64,000 nt of DNA from a virus. The notes under the pieces are model-generated. The model worked only from the letters and a program-made list of their open reading frames with translations. It had not been told where the DNA came from and did not search any database. Shown piece by piece: positions 9,720 to 19,527 of this stretch. Position 1 is the stretch's first letter. The number at the start of each line of letters is the position of its first letter. Position numbers and translations under genes: made by a program. The stretch is taken from the IMG/VR virus record IMGVR_UViG_3300046535_001697, positions 18,637 through 82,636 of that record; one strand, written 5' to 3'.

Positions 9720-10126
9720 GAGCGGTCCTCCACGACGATGCGCCAGGCGGTAGCCGTCGCGGACTCGCCGAGGCTGGTCACCCACAGGACGAGGCCGGAC
9801 AGGCGCGGGTCCGGGGAGGCGGTGACGGTGGCCCGGTCGTCGGGCAGGACCCGGGCGGCGACGGCCGGTACCGAGGTCCACGGCAGGGCGACCTCGTAGC
9901 GGCGGATGACGACGGCCCGCTCGCCCGCCCGGATGTCCTGGCTGTGGGCGATGAGCGGCTTGACCCGGGCCGGGCCCGAGTACAGGACCTGCGCCGGGCC
10001 CTCGCCGGTGTCGCCGGTCACCGGGTCGTAGACGTCGGGGGCGGGCCGCTCGAGACGGATCGTGTCGACCATGAGCTGCTCGTGGGCCGCCCGCCCGGCG
10101 GCGAGCAGCGCGTCCAGGGCGCTCAC
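9716..10126 (-). CDS. Head-to-tail stopper (DUF6093-like)
   Basis: 136 aa, 'LMVDTIRLERP...LYSGPARVK', synteny. Confidence 0.7.
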   Translation of the reverse strand: MSALDALLAAGRAAHEQLMVDTIRLERPAPDVYDPVTGDTGEGPAQVLYSGPARVKPLIAHSQDIRAGERAVVIRRYEVALPWTSVPAVAARVLPDDRATVTASPDPRLSGLVLWVTSLGESATATAWRIVVEDRS

Positions 10127-10752
10127 GTGACCGGCTTCACGGAGAACGCCGCTGCCCGGTAGGGGCGCAGCATGGCTTTCTGGTCGGGGGTCAGGGAGCC
10201 GGCGCCGATGGTCTCGGACGCGAAGGTCCGGGAGTAGTCGTCGATGCTCTCGGAGCGCAGGCCCTGCGGGTTCGTCATGGTCAGGGCCGCGATCTCCACG
10301 ACGATGTCGACGATGTCGTCGGGGACGACGGTGTAGCCGTGGCTGTAGGTGATGCGGATGCGGTCGGCCCAGATGCCCTGGGGGCGGGCCCAGGGCCAGC
10401 CCATGAGGCGGGTCTGTGCCCAGAACGCTTCGGCGCGGGTGAGTTTGGAGCCGGTGCGGAGGTAGTCGCGGCCTTCCAGGCAGGGGAACTCGGTGGAGGT
10501 CACGCCGAACAGTTCGACGACGGTGAGCGGGTTGTCGGCGTCGACGACCAGGGGCCGTTGGGGCATCAGGAGTTGGCGGCCGCCGCCGGTGATGGTGATG
10601 GTGTCCTGGGCGTGGAAGGTGAGTTCCTGCCGGCAGTAGCCGCGGACGCGGGCGGATGCCCGGCGCAGGGCGCTGGCGGCCTGCGCCGGGTCGAGGGTGC
10701 GCTGGAGTGCGGCCTCGAGGTCGGCCTGGTTGGCGAGTGGGGGGAGGGACAT
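10123..10752 (-). CDS. Head-to-tail adaptor
   Basis: 'ASARVRGYCRQ...ITYSHGY...NPQGLRSESIDDYSRTF'; GGAGG RBS. Confidence 0.75.
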   Translation of the reverse strand: MSLPPLANQADLEAALQRTLDPAQAASALRRASARVRGYCRQELTFHAQDTITITGGGRQLLMPQRPLVVDADNPLTVVELFGVTSTEFPCLEGRDYLRTGSKLTRAEAFWAQTRLMGWPWARPQGIWADRIRITYSHGYTVVPDDIVDIVVEIAALTMTNPQGLRSESIDDYSRTFASETIGAGSLTPDQKAMLRPYRAAAFSVKPVT

Positions 10753-10768
10753 GGTGCTCCTCCCGTGG

Positions 10769-11233
10769 TCAGTCGGTCTGGGTCTCGGACTCGGTGTCGG
10801 TGGGGGTCGCCGGCTCGGTGGCGGGGTCGTTCTCCGCCTGGCCGTCATCGGTCTCGGACTCGGTGTCGGCGATGGCCGTGAGGCGCTTCACGGCGGTCGA
10901 GCGGGGGTTGTCCTTGGCCTGCTCGGCGGCCAGTGCGGCCCGGGCGCGGGCGGGGTCGTCGCCGACCCACGTCATGAGGTTGTCGATGGTGCCGTCGACG
11001 GGCGGCTCCCCGGCCGGGTCGCCGTCGTCCGGGCCGTTCCCGCCGCCGCTGTCCTCGGTCTGCGGGACGACCGGGGCGGGCGGTGCGGGCGGCTCGCCGT
11101 CGACGATCTCGACGGGCGCCAGGGTGAGCCACAGGTGTGCGGCGATCTCGCCGTCGACCTCGGCGCCCTGGCGGAGTTCGTGGACCTGGTAGTTGAAGTA
11201 GGTGCGGGTGTCTTCGGTGGCGCGGACACGCAT
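10769..11233 (-). CDS. Acidic hypothetical protein downstream of capsid
   Basis: MRVRATEDTRTY... with GGAGGG RBS; C-terminal 'WVGDDPARARAAL...PRSTAVKRL' helical module. Confidence 0.6.
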   Translation of the reverse strand: MRVRATEDTRTYFNYQVHELRQGAEVDGEIAAHLWLTLAPVEIVDGEPPAPPAPVVPQTEDSGGGNGPDDGDPAGEPPVDGTIDNLMTWVGDDPARARAALAAEQAKDNPRSTAVKRLTAIADTESETDDGQAENDPATEPATPTDTESETQTD

Positions 11234-11295
11234 GGTGGTCCCTCCTTCGGGGCCGGACCCGGGGCGCGGCCGTGCGGCTGCGCCCCGGGGAGGGG

Positions 11296-12603
11296 TCAGG
11301 CGTGCTCGATGACGACGGCGCGCTTGAACAGGGCGGCGTCGCCGGTGCCGACGTCGGTGGGGACGCCGTAGTCGCCGATCCAGGACCAGGTCGAGGAGAG
11401 GATCTGCTGGAGGCGGTCCTGCGGCGGGCGGACGATCATGGTGATGTCCACGCCGGGGGCGGCGTTGATGGTGCGGACATCGGGGACGTCCTCGACGCCG
11501 GTGCCCGCGAGCAGGGAGCCGGTGGAGTCGAACGGGGCCGCCATGAGGGCGCTGCCGCCGAGGACGATCGGCCGGTGCACGGTGAGGGTTCCGGCGGAGC
11601 CGCCCAGGATGGTCGGGCACTCGATGTTGCGGACCCAGTCGATGCCGCCGAACCGGCCGATCGACAGGTCCCGGAAGATCGGGGAGTCGACGCGGCCCTG
11701 CAGGGCCTGCTTGAAGTCCGAGTCGGAGAACAGCTGCGCCTCGGTGTCGGGGTCGATGTGCGCGACGTAGTAGCCGTTGATCGTCGGCACGTTCATCTTC
11801 CGCAGGCGGGCGACCGCGGCGCGGAAGTTGGCGAAGGTGACGGTGTTGGACCCGGACAGGTCGTAGGCGGAGTTACCGGTGGCGCGGATGGTGACCGGGG
11901 CGTTGGAGGCGAGGACGTAGTCGCCGGCGGTGTCGGCGCGGGCGGTGCCCAGGGTGAGGGTGTTGGTGCCCGCGTTGACGCCGACGACGGTGTTCGCGAC
12001 GCCGGCGATGGTGACGTTGAGCGGGGTCGCGCCGGAGACCGGGGTGGGGACGCCGTTGACGAGGACGCTCGAGAAGCCGGCGACGGACTGCACGATGATG
12101 CTGGTGTCCGAGCCGGCAGTGGTGGTGCACCAGGTGCGGCCGCCGCTGTAGGCGGCGTAGAGCTTGTTGCGGGAGACCTGGTTGATGGTCTGGCCGGCGT
12201 TGATGGCGAGGGTCTCGACGTCGGACAGGAACTTGTTGGCGAGCGCCATCGAGCTGGACAGCAGGTTGGTGTCCATGGAGTTGCCGTACTGGTCCATGGT
12301 CACGGACCACTGCTCGATGCCGTAGGTGGCCGCGGACGGGTCGGAGCCGGTGATGGGGGTGGTGACCGGCGCGAGGAGGCCCTTGCGGGTGAAGGTCTTG
12401 GTGTCGCCGAGGCCGGCCATCCACGGCTCGGCGTCCGCGATGGCGGGGAAGATGAAGTTCGGGACGAGCGCGTCCTTGAAGACGCGGTCGAGGATGCCGT
12501 TCTGCAGCATCGCGCGGATCGCTGCGGGGACGGTGCCGCGGACGTCGTGCCGGGCGAGGTCGAACCACGGGCGGGCCGCGGTCAGGGTGGGGGTCATGCT
12601 CAC
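11296..12603 (-). CDS. Major capsid protein
   Basis: 435 aa after scaffold; 'FRAAVARLRKMNVP...YVAHIDP...GRFGGIDWV' HK97-fold motifs; N-terminal WFDLARHD. Confidence 0.88.
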   Translation of the reverse strand: MSMTPTLTAARPWFDLARHDVRGTVPAAIRAMLQNGILDRVFKDALVPNFIFPAIADAEPWMAGLGDTKTFTRKGLLAPVTTPITGSDPSAATYGIEQWSVTMDQYGNSMDTNLLSSSMALANKFLSDVETLAINAGQTINQVSRNKLYAAYSGGRTWCTTTAGSDTSIIVQSVAGFSSVLVNGVPTPVSGATPLNVTIAGVANTVVGVNAGTNTLTLGTARADTAGDYVLASNAPVTIRATGNSAYDLSGSNTVTFANFRAAVARLRKMNVPTINGYYVAHIDPDTEAQLFSDSDFKQALQGRVDSPIFRDLSIGRFGGIDWVRNIECPTILGGSAGTLTVHRPIVLGGSALMAAPFDSTGSLLAGTGVEDVPDVRTINAAPGVDITMIVRPPQDRLQQILSSTWSWIGDYGVPTDVGTGDAALFKRAVVIEHA

Positions 12604-12788
12604 TCCTCGGTGATGGTGACGGACACGAGGTCCGGGTGTTGCCGGGCGATCTGTTCGAGGCCCAGCAGTGCGGTTTGGGTGACGGCGGATACGGCCGCGC
12701 AGACGCGGCCTCCGGCGGCGTGCTCCTCATGGCCGACCACCTCGATGGAGGTGCGCCCGTCGCCCAGGCGGGCGCGGATGTGGATCAC
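12600..12788 (-). CDS. Mini Prp-like (ribosomal-processing-type) cysteine protease
   Basis: 62 aa with 'IEVVGH...VCAAVSAVTQTALLGL', the Prp/YsxB His-Cys signature; overlaps both neighbours. Confidence 0.75.
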   Translation of the reverse strand: MIHIRARLGDGRTSIEVVGHEEHAAGGRVCAAVSAVTQTALLGLEQIARQHPDLVSVTITEE

Positions 12789-13555
12789 GACCGGAGCCGG
12801 TACCCGTACTTGGCGAGTTCCGCGTCGCGCTCCTCGGGGGAGGCGTTGCGGAAGTCCGTGGCCGGTGCGGGCGGCCGGGAGCCCTGGCCCGGGTCGGGCT
12901 TGGGCCGGCGGGGCCGCTCGGCGGCCGGTGCGGGGTCGGCCGGGGCCGCGGCGGGGGCCTGCGGTGCGGGCTTCGCCCAGTGCGCCTTGCGGTCCAGGAG
13001 GTCGGCGAGGTCGGCCTCGATGGCCTCGGTGTCGATCTCGCCGTCGGAGTCGACGTACTTGGAGGGGTCGCGCATGAGGACCTCGACGGCGTCCGTCGGG
13101 TCGGCGAACCGGTCGATGGACAGGGTCCTCACCTCGGCGGCGACCGCGCGGGCGGTGGCCCTGGCGGCCTGTTCCGCGGCGCGCTCCGCCTTGGCGGTGG
13201 CCTTCTCGAGGTCGGACTTGTCGCGGTCCTCGTACTCGCGGACCTTGGCCTCGGCGGCGAGACGGGCCTTGCGCTCGTCCGCGGCCGCCCTCTTGGCTGC
13301 CTGCTGGGTGGCCTTCATTCGCTCGATGGCCCGCTTGGCCTTGTCGCCGAGCGCCGGGTCGTCGCCGTCCGGGCTGTCGCCCTCGGGCTCCGGGTCGCCG
13401 TCGTCGGCCGGGTCGGGGTCGGCCTGGGGGTCGGGGTCGGCGGCCGGATCCGGGTTGCCCGGGTCGGCCCCCTCGGGGGTGGGGTCGTCGCCCTCGTCGT
13501 GACGGGCGAGGTCGAACCAGTGCGGGGCACGGCTCGTCAGGGTGCGGTCGGACAT
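12785..13555 (-). CDS. Capsid scaffolding protein
   Basis: Acidic Pro-rich N-terminus, coiled coil 'EDRDKSDLEKA', 'FADPTDAV', N-terminal WFDLARHD. Confidence 0.85.
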   Translation of the reverse strand: MSDRTLTSRAPHWFDLARHDEGDDPTPEGADPGNPDPAADPDPQADPDPADDGDPEPEGDSPDGDDPALGDKAKRAIERMKATQQAAKRAAADERKARLAAEAKVREYEDRDKSDLEKATAKAERAAEQAARATARAVAAEVRTLSIDRFADPTDAVEVLMRDPSKYVDSDGEIDTEAIEADLADLLDRKAHWAKPAPQAPAAAPADPAPAAERPRRPKPDPGQGSRPPAPATDFRNASPEERDAELAKYGYRLRS

Positions 13556-13604
13556 GGTGGTGTCTCCCGTTGCAGGAGTCGGGACCGTCGGCGTTGCGCC
13601 GGGG

Positions 13605-14594
13605 TCAGATCAGGTAGCCGTAGCGGCGGAGCATCGCGATCAGCTCGTCGCGGTCCCCGGCGCGGGCGTAGATTTCCTCCGGCAGGAGGCGGTGGGCGCG
13701 GAGCTTGAAGCCCTTGCCGGACGGCGGGACCAGGCCGCGCTCGATCGCCCGCTGGCGTTCGAGGCGGAAGAACCGGCCCCGCTTGGTCGTGGAGTCGTAG
13801 GTGGAGCGCAGCCGCTGCCCGTACGAGTCGGCGGTGTACATGCCGCGGCGGGCGTTGACGACCTGCCCGATGTCGGCGCCGTCCCTGATGGCCTGCGCGC
13901 CGGCGGCGGTGAACACGCGGGCCTGTTCGGCCTCGGACAGGCTGTTGAAGTAGGCCCGCGGGTCCGTCATCGCCCGGCCCGCCTGGTAGCGGGTGACGGG
14001 CTGGTGCACGCAGTCGCAGTGCGGGTGGCGCTGGAAGCCGGTGTTGTACCGGTAGAAGGTGCCGGCCAGCACCACGCAGCGCGCGCAGGACGGCGGGCTG
14101 AGGACCCGCACGTAGCCGGTGACCGCCCGGTTGGAGGCGATCCCGGCCCCGGCCGCGGTCCTCCCCGCGTCCGCGACCTCCGTGGTCGCCGAGCGGAGCA
14201 GGGTGGCGAGGGATCCGGTCATGGCGTCCGCCTCCGCCTGGCCGGCCTCCAGGCGCCACTTCGCATCGATGACCGGCTCGTACAGCAGGCCGAGCAGGGA
14301 CCGGCCGTCGGCGGCCTGCCCGGCGAACGCCCCGACCCGGATGGCCCCGGCCGGATCGCTCTGGGCGCCGTCCGCGGCGATGACCGCCGCCAGGTAGGCG
14401 TCGGCCGGTGAGGCGGCGGCCTGCTGCCCTTCAGTGACGGCCTGCACCAGCGCCGGGCCGGCGGTCAGCCACTCGTGGTCGAGCCTGCGGGCATGCAGGC
14501 GCCGCCAGATGGCCTGCACCCGGTCCGCAGTGCGGCGCACGGTGCGCTGCTGCTGCAGGTAGTGCGCGGTGGCGATCTCCGAGGCGGTGGGCAC
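13605..14594 (-). CDS. Minor capsid / MuF-like protein
   Basis: 329 aa between portal and scaffold; 'CARCVVLAG...FQRHPHCDC' motif. Confidence 0.75.
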   Translation of the reverse strand: MPTASEIATAHYLQQQRTVRRTADRVQAIWRRLHARRLDHEWLTAGPALVQAVTEGQQAAASPADAYLAAVIAADGAQSDPAGAIRVGAFAGQAADGRSLLGLLYEPVIDAKWRLEAGQAEADAMTGSLATLLRSATTEVADAGRTAAGAGIASNRAVTGYVRVLSPPSCARCVVLAGTFYRYNTGFQRHPHCDCVHQPVTRYQAGRAMTDPRAYFNSLSEAEQARVFTAAGAQAIRDGADIGQVVNARRGMYTADSYGQRLRSTYDSTTKRGRFFRLERQRAIERGLVPPSGKGFKLRAHRLLPEEIYARAGDRDELIAMLRRYGYLI

Positions 14595-14597
14595 CGG

Positions 14598-16046
14598 CTA
14601 CTCCCCCGCAGCCGGAGGCGCCCCGTCCCCGCCGTCCGCAGGCTCGCCGCCGTCCGTGACGGGGGCGGCGGGTTCGGCCGGCGGTGGCGGCGGCTTGGGC
14701 CCGTACACGGCGGCGAGGTCGCCGCCCATGGCCCGGTCGAGGGCGTCCTGCTGCATGTCCCGCATCCGGGCCCGCTGCTCGGCGGAGTAGCCGAGGTCCT
14801 CCCAGGCCTGCTCGGTCGGCAGCAACCCCGCGGCGTGGAGCTTGACCACCGCATCGGCCTTCTGCGCGTACGTCGGCGTCGCCGGGTCCCGCCACTGCGT
14901 CTCCAGGGACCGGGCCGACGGTGCGACGTCGCCGTCCCGGACCAGCAGCGCCAGCCGCATGACCCGCTCCCACGGGCCGCCGAACGCCCTCTGCCGGCGC
15001 TCCGCACGCTTCACCAGCCGCGTCTCGGACGAGCGGATGGCGTCCGCCGAGACCGGGTTGTCGGTCGCCAGGCCCAGGAACGCCGGCGGCAGGCCGGTCA
15101 GCGACGCCACCAGCCGGGCCAGGGCGTTCAGCGTGTCGTGGAAGTTGGTCAGCTGCGCCTCGGGGAACTGCCCGTACTTGACGTCCGAGTTCTCCGTGGC
15201 CCACAGGCGGCCCGCGAGGGAGGAGAACGCGCCGAGCGGGTTGCCCTGCTCGTCGGTGAAGTCCTCCCGGGAGACGCCGGTCGCCCAGCGGCGCGGCATC
15301 GCGTGGTACTCCGCGGACAGCATCATGTCCGTGGCGATCTTGCAGGCGGCATCCGAGAGCGGGATGACGGCCTTCAGCTCGGACGTGCCCAGGGCGCTCT
15401 CGAGACGGGGCCGGTTCGCGAGCATCTCGACCGGGACCTGCCCCAGGTCGTGCTGGTCGCCCTCGTCCGTCTTCTCGGCCCACTTGCCCTTCTCGAGGGC
15501 GAACACGTGCCGCGAGTCCGGCAGGTACAGCGTCGCCATCTTCGTCGGCGCTGCGCCCAGGCAGGGCTCCTCCCAGCGCTTGACCGCGGCGAGGACCTTC
15601 CGGGTGCGGGGGTCCCGTTCGGCGTAGACCTGCAGCGCCGACTCCACGGTGATCAGCGGGGTGTCGTCGTCCTCGTCGTTCGCGCCGACGATGACGTACG
15701 CCCGGCCGAGGGCCAGCGCATCCACGTGGCCCTGCTGGGAGCCCTCGTCGAGGTCGTTGGCCTGCCAGATGGACCACAGGTCGTCCGCGGTGGTCTCCGA
15801 GTCCGCGTACCGGAACCCTTCGACGTCCAGGCGTTCCTCGAGGGAGTCGACGACCAGCTGCGGCCAGTTGATGACGACCTGCCGCATCCGGTCCTGGAGT
15901 TCGTTGAGGAGCTCGGGCGCCATGTACGACAGGGGCTGGCTGCCCTCGTAGTAGGAGTTCATGAGCACGAGGCCCTTCTTCGCCTCGTCGTGGTCGGCGA
16001 CGAGGCGCTTCAGCCACTGCTCGGGGTCCAGATCGCTCAGCGCCAT
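14598..16046 (-). CDS. Portal protein (SPP1-like family)
   Basis: 482 aa; 'YYEG', 'NWPQLVVD', 'IWQANDLD', 'SADAIR', 'WRDP' motifs; follows terminase. Confidence 0.93.
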   Translation of the reverse strand: MALSDLDPEQWLKRLVADHDEAKKGLVLMNSYYEGSQPLSYMAPELLNELQDRMRQVVINWPQLVVDSLEERLDVEGFRYADSETTADDLWSIWQANDLDEGSQQGHVDALALGRAYVIVGANDEDDDTPLITVESALQVYAERDPRTRKVLAAVKRWEEPCLGAAPTKMATLYLPDSRHVFALEKGKWAEKTDEGDQHDLGQVPVEMLANRPRLESALGTSELKAVIPLSDAACKIATDMMLSAEYHAMPRRWATGVSREDFTDEQGNPLGAFSSLAGRLWATENSDVKYGQFPEAQLTNFHDTLNALARLVASLTGLPPAFLGLATDNPVSADAIRSSETRLVKRAERRQRAFGGPWERVMRLALLVRDGDVAPSARSLETQWRDPATPTYAQKADAVVKLHAAGLLPTEQAWEDLGYSAEQRARMRDMQQDALDRAMGGDLAAVYGPKPPPPPAEPAAPVTDGGEPADGGDGAPPAAGE

Positions 16047-16059
16047 CGGGCACCCCCTG

Positions 16060-17694
16060 TCATCGCATCACGGTGGTTCTCCGTGGGGTTTTGGGTCGGG
16101 CGAGACCCGCTGCGACGGCGTCGCTGGCGGCCTCGTGGGCAAGGACTGACACGACCGCGAGGTCGATCTTCTGGTGGGGTGCGGCCTTGCGGAGCACGTA
16201 CCGGTCGGCCGGCCGGGCCGCCCGGCGGGCGTGCCCGACGTGCGCCGAGGTGTCCTCGCAGCCGTCGTGGAAGAACGTGCTGTCGGCCTTGGTGACGTCG
16301 GTGACCAGGCGTTCGCACGCGGCGTGCATCCGGATGATCTGGTTGGTGTTCCACTTGAAGACCCGCTTGTCGCCGTACTTCTCCGCCCACGCGTCGACCT
16401 CGGTCGGCCAGTACGGCGGGTCGCAGTACATGCGGACGACGTCGTAGCGGCGCATCAGCTCGTCGAGTGCGGCGTCGACTTCCAGGCGCGGCACCTGGCC
16501 GCCCCACTCCTTCGGGTCCCACACGGTCGGCAGGGCCAGGGAGCTGTAGACGGGCGTGAACTGGTAGCCGTCCAGGGTCTCGGCGCGGATCCCGGTCCAG
16601 TCGTCGATGTCCGAGCCGTCGAAGCCGAGGACCACGGAGGTGCCGTCGGGCACGTCCCGGTGGGTCTCCCGCGCGTCCCAGTGGTCGCGGTTGATCCAGG
16701 TCCCAGTGCCGGCGACGACCCGGTTGCCGAAGAACCGCTCGGCCTCCGCGGGCTCCTTCTCGAGGAGCTCGGCGGCCTCGCCCTCGATGGCGTCGAGGTC
16801 GATGTGCGTGGACCCGGCGTAGACGTGACTGTGGATCTTCCGCCGTTCGGCCTTGTTGGCGTACGACAGGCCCTTGGGCGGGGGCCGGTGGTACCGGTAG
16901 ACGTCGGTCTGCTTGGTCTCGGAGGTCTTCTGCGCGACCGAGTTCTCCGACGGGTCCCAGCAGTTCGTGGTCTCCAGCGAGCGGCCGCTCATGCCCGCCA
17001 GGCCGCGGCGCTGGGTCGTGGCGACCTTCGTCATCTTGTTGCCGTCGGTCCAGATACCCGTCTCGTCCTGGATCGCGAACGTGATCGGGTTTCCCAGGCG
17101 GGACTGCGCCGACGACGTGACGACGTCGATCCGGCCGTCGTTCGGCAGCCGGATGAACTGCTCGCCGACCTTCATCAGGTCACCGAGCGGGCCGTTGCGG
17201 ATCATCGCCTGCAACGGCCGGTAGACGTTGTCGGTCTGGTCCTCGCTGGTCGCGGTGATCTGCAGCAGCGGAGTCGACCACGGCCGGCCCATCGGCTCGC
17301 CCGGCTCGTACTCGTACATCCAGCCGCAGCCGCAGCCATGCGCCCGGCAGTCGTACACCTCGCCGCCCGCGGCCCAGCCGGCGAACAGCACCGGCCCGAC
17401 CGCTTCCGCCGCCGTGATCCCCGCGGTCCAGGGGCCCTTGCCCGACTTCTGAGGCGCGACGACCTGGCCGCGCCGGTAGTGAAACGCCGTCGACAGCTGG
17501 CCCACCTTGGCCGTCGGCCGCACCCGGTAGAAGTTGGCGGTGGCCCGCAGCTGCCAGTCGTACATCTCGAACGACTGCGGGCCCCGGGTCAGGCCTCCGA
17601 CGGACTCCAGGCGGCAGTGCCTGGCGATCCAGTCGGGGACGACGAACAGCGTCGGGAAGTCCAGCGGCCAGGTGCCGTCGTCAGCTGCCGCCAC
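16060..17694 (-). CDS. terL: Terminase large subunit
   Basis: Walker A 'PQKSGKG', Walker B 'AIQDE', nuclease 'GFDGS', C-terminal 'KIDLAV'. Confidence 0.93.
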   Translation of the reverse strand: MAAADDGTWPLDFPTLFVVPDWIARHCRLESVGGLTRGPQSFEMYDWQLRATANFYRVRPTAKVGQLSTAFHYRRGQVVAPQKSGKGPWTAGITAAEAVGPVLFAGWAAGGEVYDCRAHGCGCGWMYEYEPGEPMGRPWSTPLLQITATSEDQTDNVYRPLQAMIRNGPLGDLMKVGEQFIRLPNDGRIDVVTSSAQSRLGNPITFAIQDETGIWTDGNKMTKVATTQRRGLAGMSGRSLETTNCWDPSENSVAQKTSETKQTDVYRYHRPPPKGLSYANKAERRKIHSHVYAGSTHIDLDAIEGEAAELLEKEPAEAERFFGNRVVAGTGTWINRDHWDARETHRDVPDGTSVVLGFDGSDIDDWTGIRAETLDGYQFTPVYSSLALPTVWDPKEWGGQVPRLEVDAALDELMRRYDVVRMYCDPPYWPTEVDAWAEKYGDKRVFKWNTNQIIRMHAACERLVTDVTKADSTFFHDGCEDTSAHVGHARRAARPADRYVLRKAAPHQKIDLAVVSVLAHEAASDAVAAGLARPKTPRRTTVMR

Positions 17695-18148
17695 CGTTGA
17701 TCGCCTTCAGGCGGGCACGCGCCGAGCCAGGCACGACGGGGCCGGCCGCCGCCGTGACGGGCCGGGCGTCCTCCTCCGCCCGGTCGATGCGCCAGCGGTT
17801 CGCCCGCATGCCCGGGGTGGACAGGCCCAGGCTGTCGCCCATCTGCTTGACCACGGTGGTCAGCGTCACCGCCGACTCGAGCTGCTCCGCCTCGGACAGC
17901 CGCCGCACGTACAGGGCGACTTCGTACTCCTGGCCGTACCGCTCCCACATCAGGGCCTGCGGCTTGGCCCACAACCGCTCCCACAGCTGCGACTCCCGGA
18001 GCGTCTCGTCCGTCAGGGGCCAGTCGGGCGTTGCGCCCTGGCGGCCCTCGGCGGGCAGGATCGTCCAATCGCCGGCGTCCTTCTCGCGTCGGAACGCGGT
18101 GGGGTCGGGGGCCGGTCCGGATCGTGCGCGTGCTCCGCCCTTCGCCAT
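17681..18148 (-). CDS. terS: Terminase small subunit
   Basis: 'GGARARSGPAPDP...LWAKPQALMW...LGLSTPG' directly upstream of and overlapping terL. Confidence 0.85.
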   Translation of the reverse strand: MAKGGARARSGPAPDPTAFRREKDAGDWTILPAEGRQGATPDWPLTDETLRESQLWERLWAKPQALMWERYGQEYEVALYVRRLSEAEQLESAVTLTTVVKQMGDSLGLSTPGMRANRWRIDRAEEDARPVTAAAGPVVPGSARARLKAINGGGS

Positions 18149-18346
18149 GTCGGTCTCCTCGCGGGGTGCGCCGTTGCGGCGCGTGGTGTCCGGCCGGCGT
18201 TGCGCGCGGCCGCGGTGCAGGAAGAGCCCAGCGTGTTGGTGCGGGCGCTGCGGTGGTGCGGTCTCCGGGGCGACTCACGGAGGGTGACGAATCCCGGGCA
18301 TTTCAAGATCACGAAAATCTCTGAACCTGAAAAACCTCCGCCGGAC

Positions 18347-18356
18347 CTCCCCGGCG
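18347..18356 (-). other. Candidate cos site CGCCGGGGAG
   Basis: Non-coding, locally AT-richer region just upstream of terS; GC-rich 10-mer resembling actinophage 3' cohesive ends; inference only. Confidence 0.35.
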
Positions 18357-18580
18357 GTCCCCGGCCAAATGATCTTTGGGTAACCCCCCTGGGTGATCAT
18401 GACCCTGAGTGACCAAGGTCGGATGATCAACCAGGCAGGGGGCCGGCCGACCGGCCGGCGGGAGGCTGCGCAGTGCATGCCCTGTGCCCCTCGGTGCCTG
18501 CGCTGCGGCCGCGGTGGCCACGGCGTGGGCTCTGGCCTGCCGCTGCCCGGGCCAGGCCCGCAGACGGCCGCCTGGGCGCG

Positions 18581-18931
18581 CTACCGGACCTGCCGGTGCT
18601 CTGCCCCGCCGACCTGGCCGGGCTCCCCGGTGACGTGGCGCAGCGGGTAGCCGTGAGCGGCGCGAGCGCGGTTGATGTTGACCGTCGTGCGCTTGATGGC
18701 TACGCAGATGCGTTCGAGCTCGGCAGGGGTGAGCACGAGGGCGGGCGTGGGCCGGCTGTCGGGGTGGGGCAGGGCGCAGCCGTACGGCTGGTCCGGGTCC
18801 ACCAGTAGGCGGAGGTTGACGATGCCGCCGGTTGCCACGGTGCCCAGTTCGTCGGCGGTGGTGGTGTGCTCCTCGGCGATGGCTGTGCTGCCGTCGGGCA
18901 GCCGGCGCACACGGGTCAGGTCCTGGGTCAT
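18581..18931 (-). CDS. Hypothetical protein
   Basis: 116 aa ORF coupled to neighbour (ATGA overlap). Confidence 0.5.
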   Translation of the reverse strand: MTQDLTRVRRLPDGSTAIAEEHTTTADELGTVATGGIVNLRLLVDPDQPYGCALPHPDSRPTPALVLTPAELERICVAIKRTTVNINRARAAHGYPLRHVTGEPGQVGGAEHRQVR

Positions 18932-19275
18932 GCGCTGTCCTCGGGGCTGGCCCAGAGGCGGGGCTGCGTGGTGGCGTCGAATGCTCGGACGGCGGCATCG
19001 CAGCCTGGGCAGTCGTTGTGGGCCTGCTGTACAGCGGGGGTCTTGGCAAGGTTGCGGCGGGTGTACGCCGGGTCGATGGCCATGTCCTGGTGGACCGCCT
19101 CTGGGTAGGCCAGGCTGTACACCGGGCCGAGGAACTCCCCGGCGAGGGAACGTCGGTGGTTCTCATCGCGGATGGACTGGGCGATGTGGTGGCCAGCAGC
19201 GGCACGGGTGGCACGGTAGGTGAGGGCGCAGCCGTGCGGCTGCTCTGGGTCTGTCTGCTGGGTGTGCTTGCTCAT
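18928..19275 (-). CDS. Hypothetical protein
   Basis: 115 aa, ATGA overlaps. Confidence 0.5.
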   Translation of the reverse strand: MSKHTQQTDPEQPHGCALTYRATRAAAGHHIAQSIRDENHRRSLAGEFLGPVYSLAYPEAVHQDMAIDPAYTRRNLAKTPAVQQAHNDCPGCDAAVRAFDATTQPRLWASPEDSA

Positions 19276-19523
19276 TCGTCGTCACTGCTTCCGACGGATG
19301 GTGTGCCGCTCTCGATGACCTCGGCGACGCGGAGCATGCCGACGCGTTCGATCCATCCGAGGCCGTCGGAGTAGGTCATGCTGAGCCGGGTGTCTCCGTC
19401 TTCCTGGAGGATCTTGAGCAGGACGACGGCGCCGGCTACCAGCTCGCCTTCGTCGACTCGGGCGGTGACGTTGAGCGCGTCGAGGACGTGGCCGATGGTC
19501 TGTTCGTCTGTCTGTCCGCTCAC
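19272..19523 (-). CDS. Hypothetical protein
   Basis: 83 aa, GGAGG RBS, protein-like composition. Confidence 0.6.
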   Translation of the reverse strand: MSGQTDEQTIGHVLDALNVTARVDEGELVAGAVVLLKILQEDGDTRLSMTYSDGLGWIERVGMLRVAEVIESGTPSVGSSDDE

Positions 19524-19527
19524 GTGT

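Noticed and set aside
243-18412. Many long plus-strand ORFs over the structural operon
   Set aside because: Shadow ORFs caused by stop-codon scarcity at high GC; no motifs.
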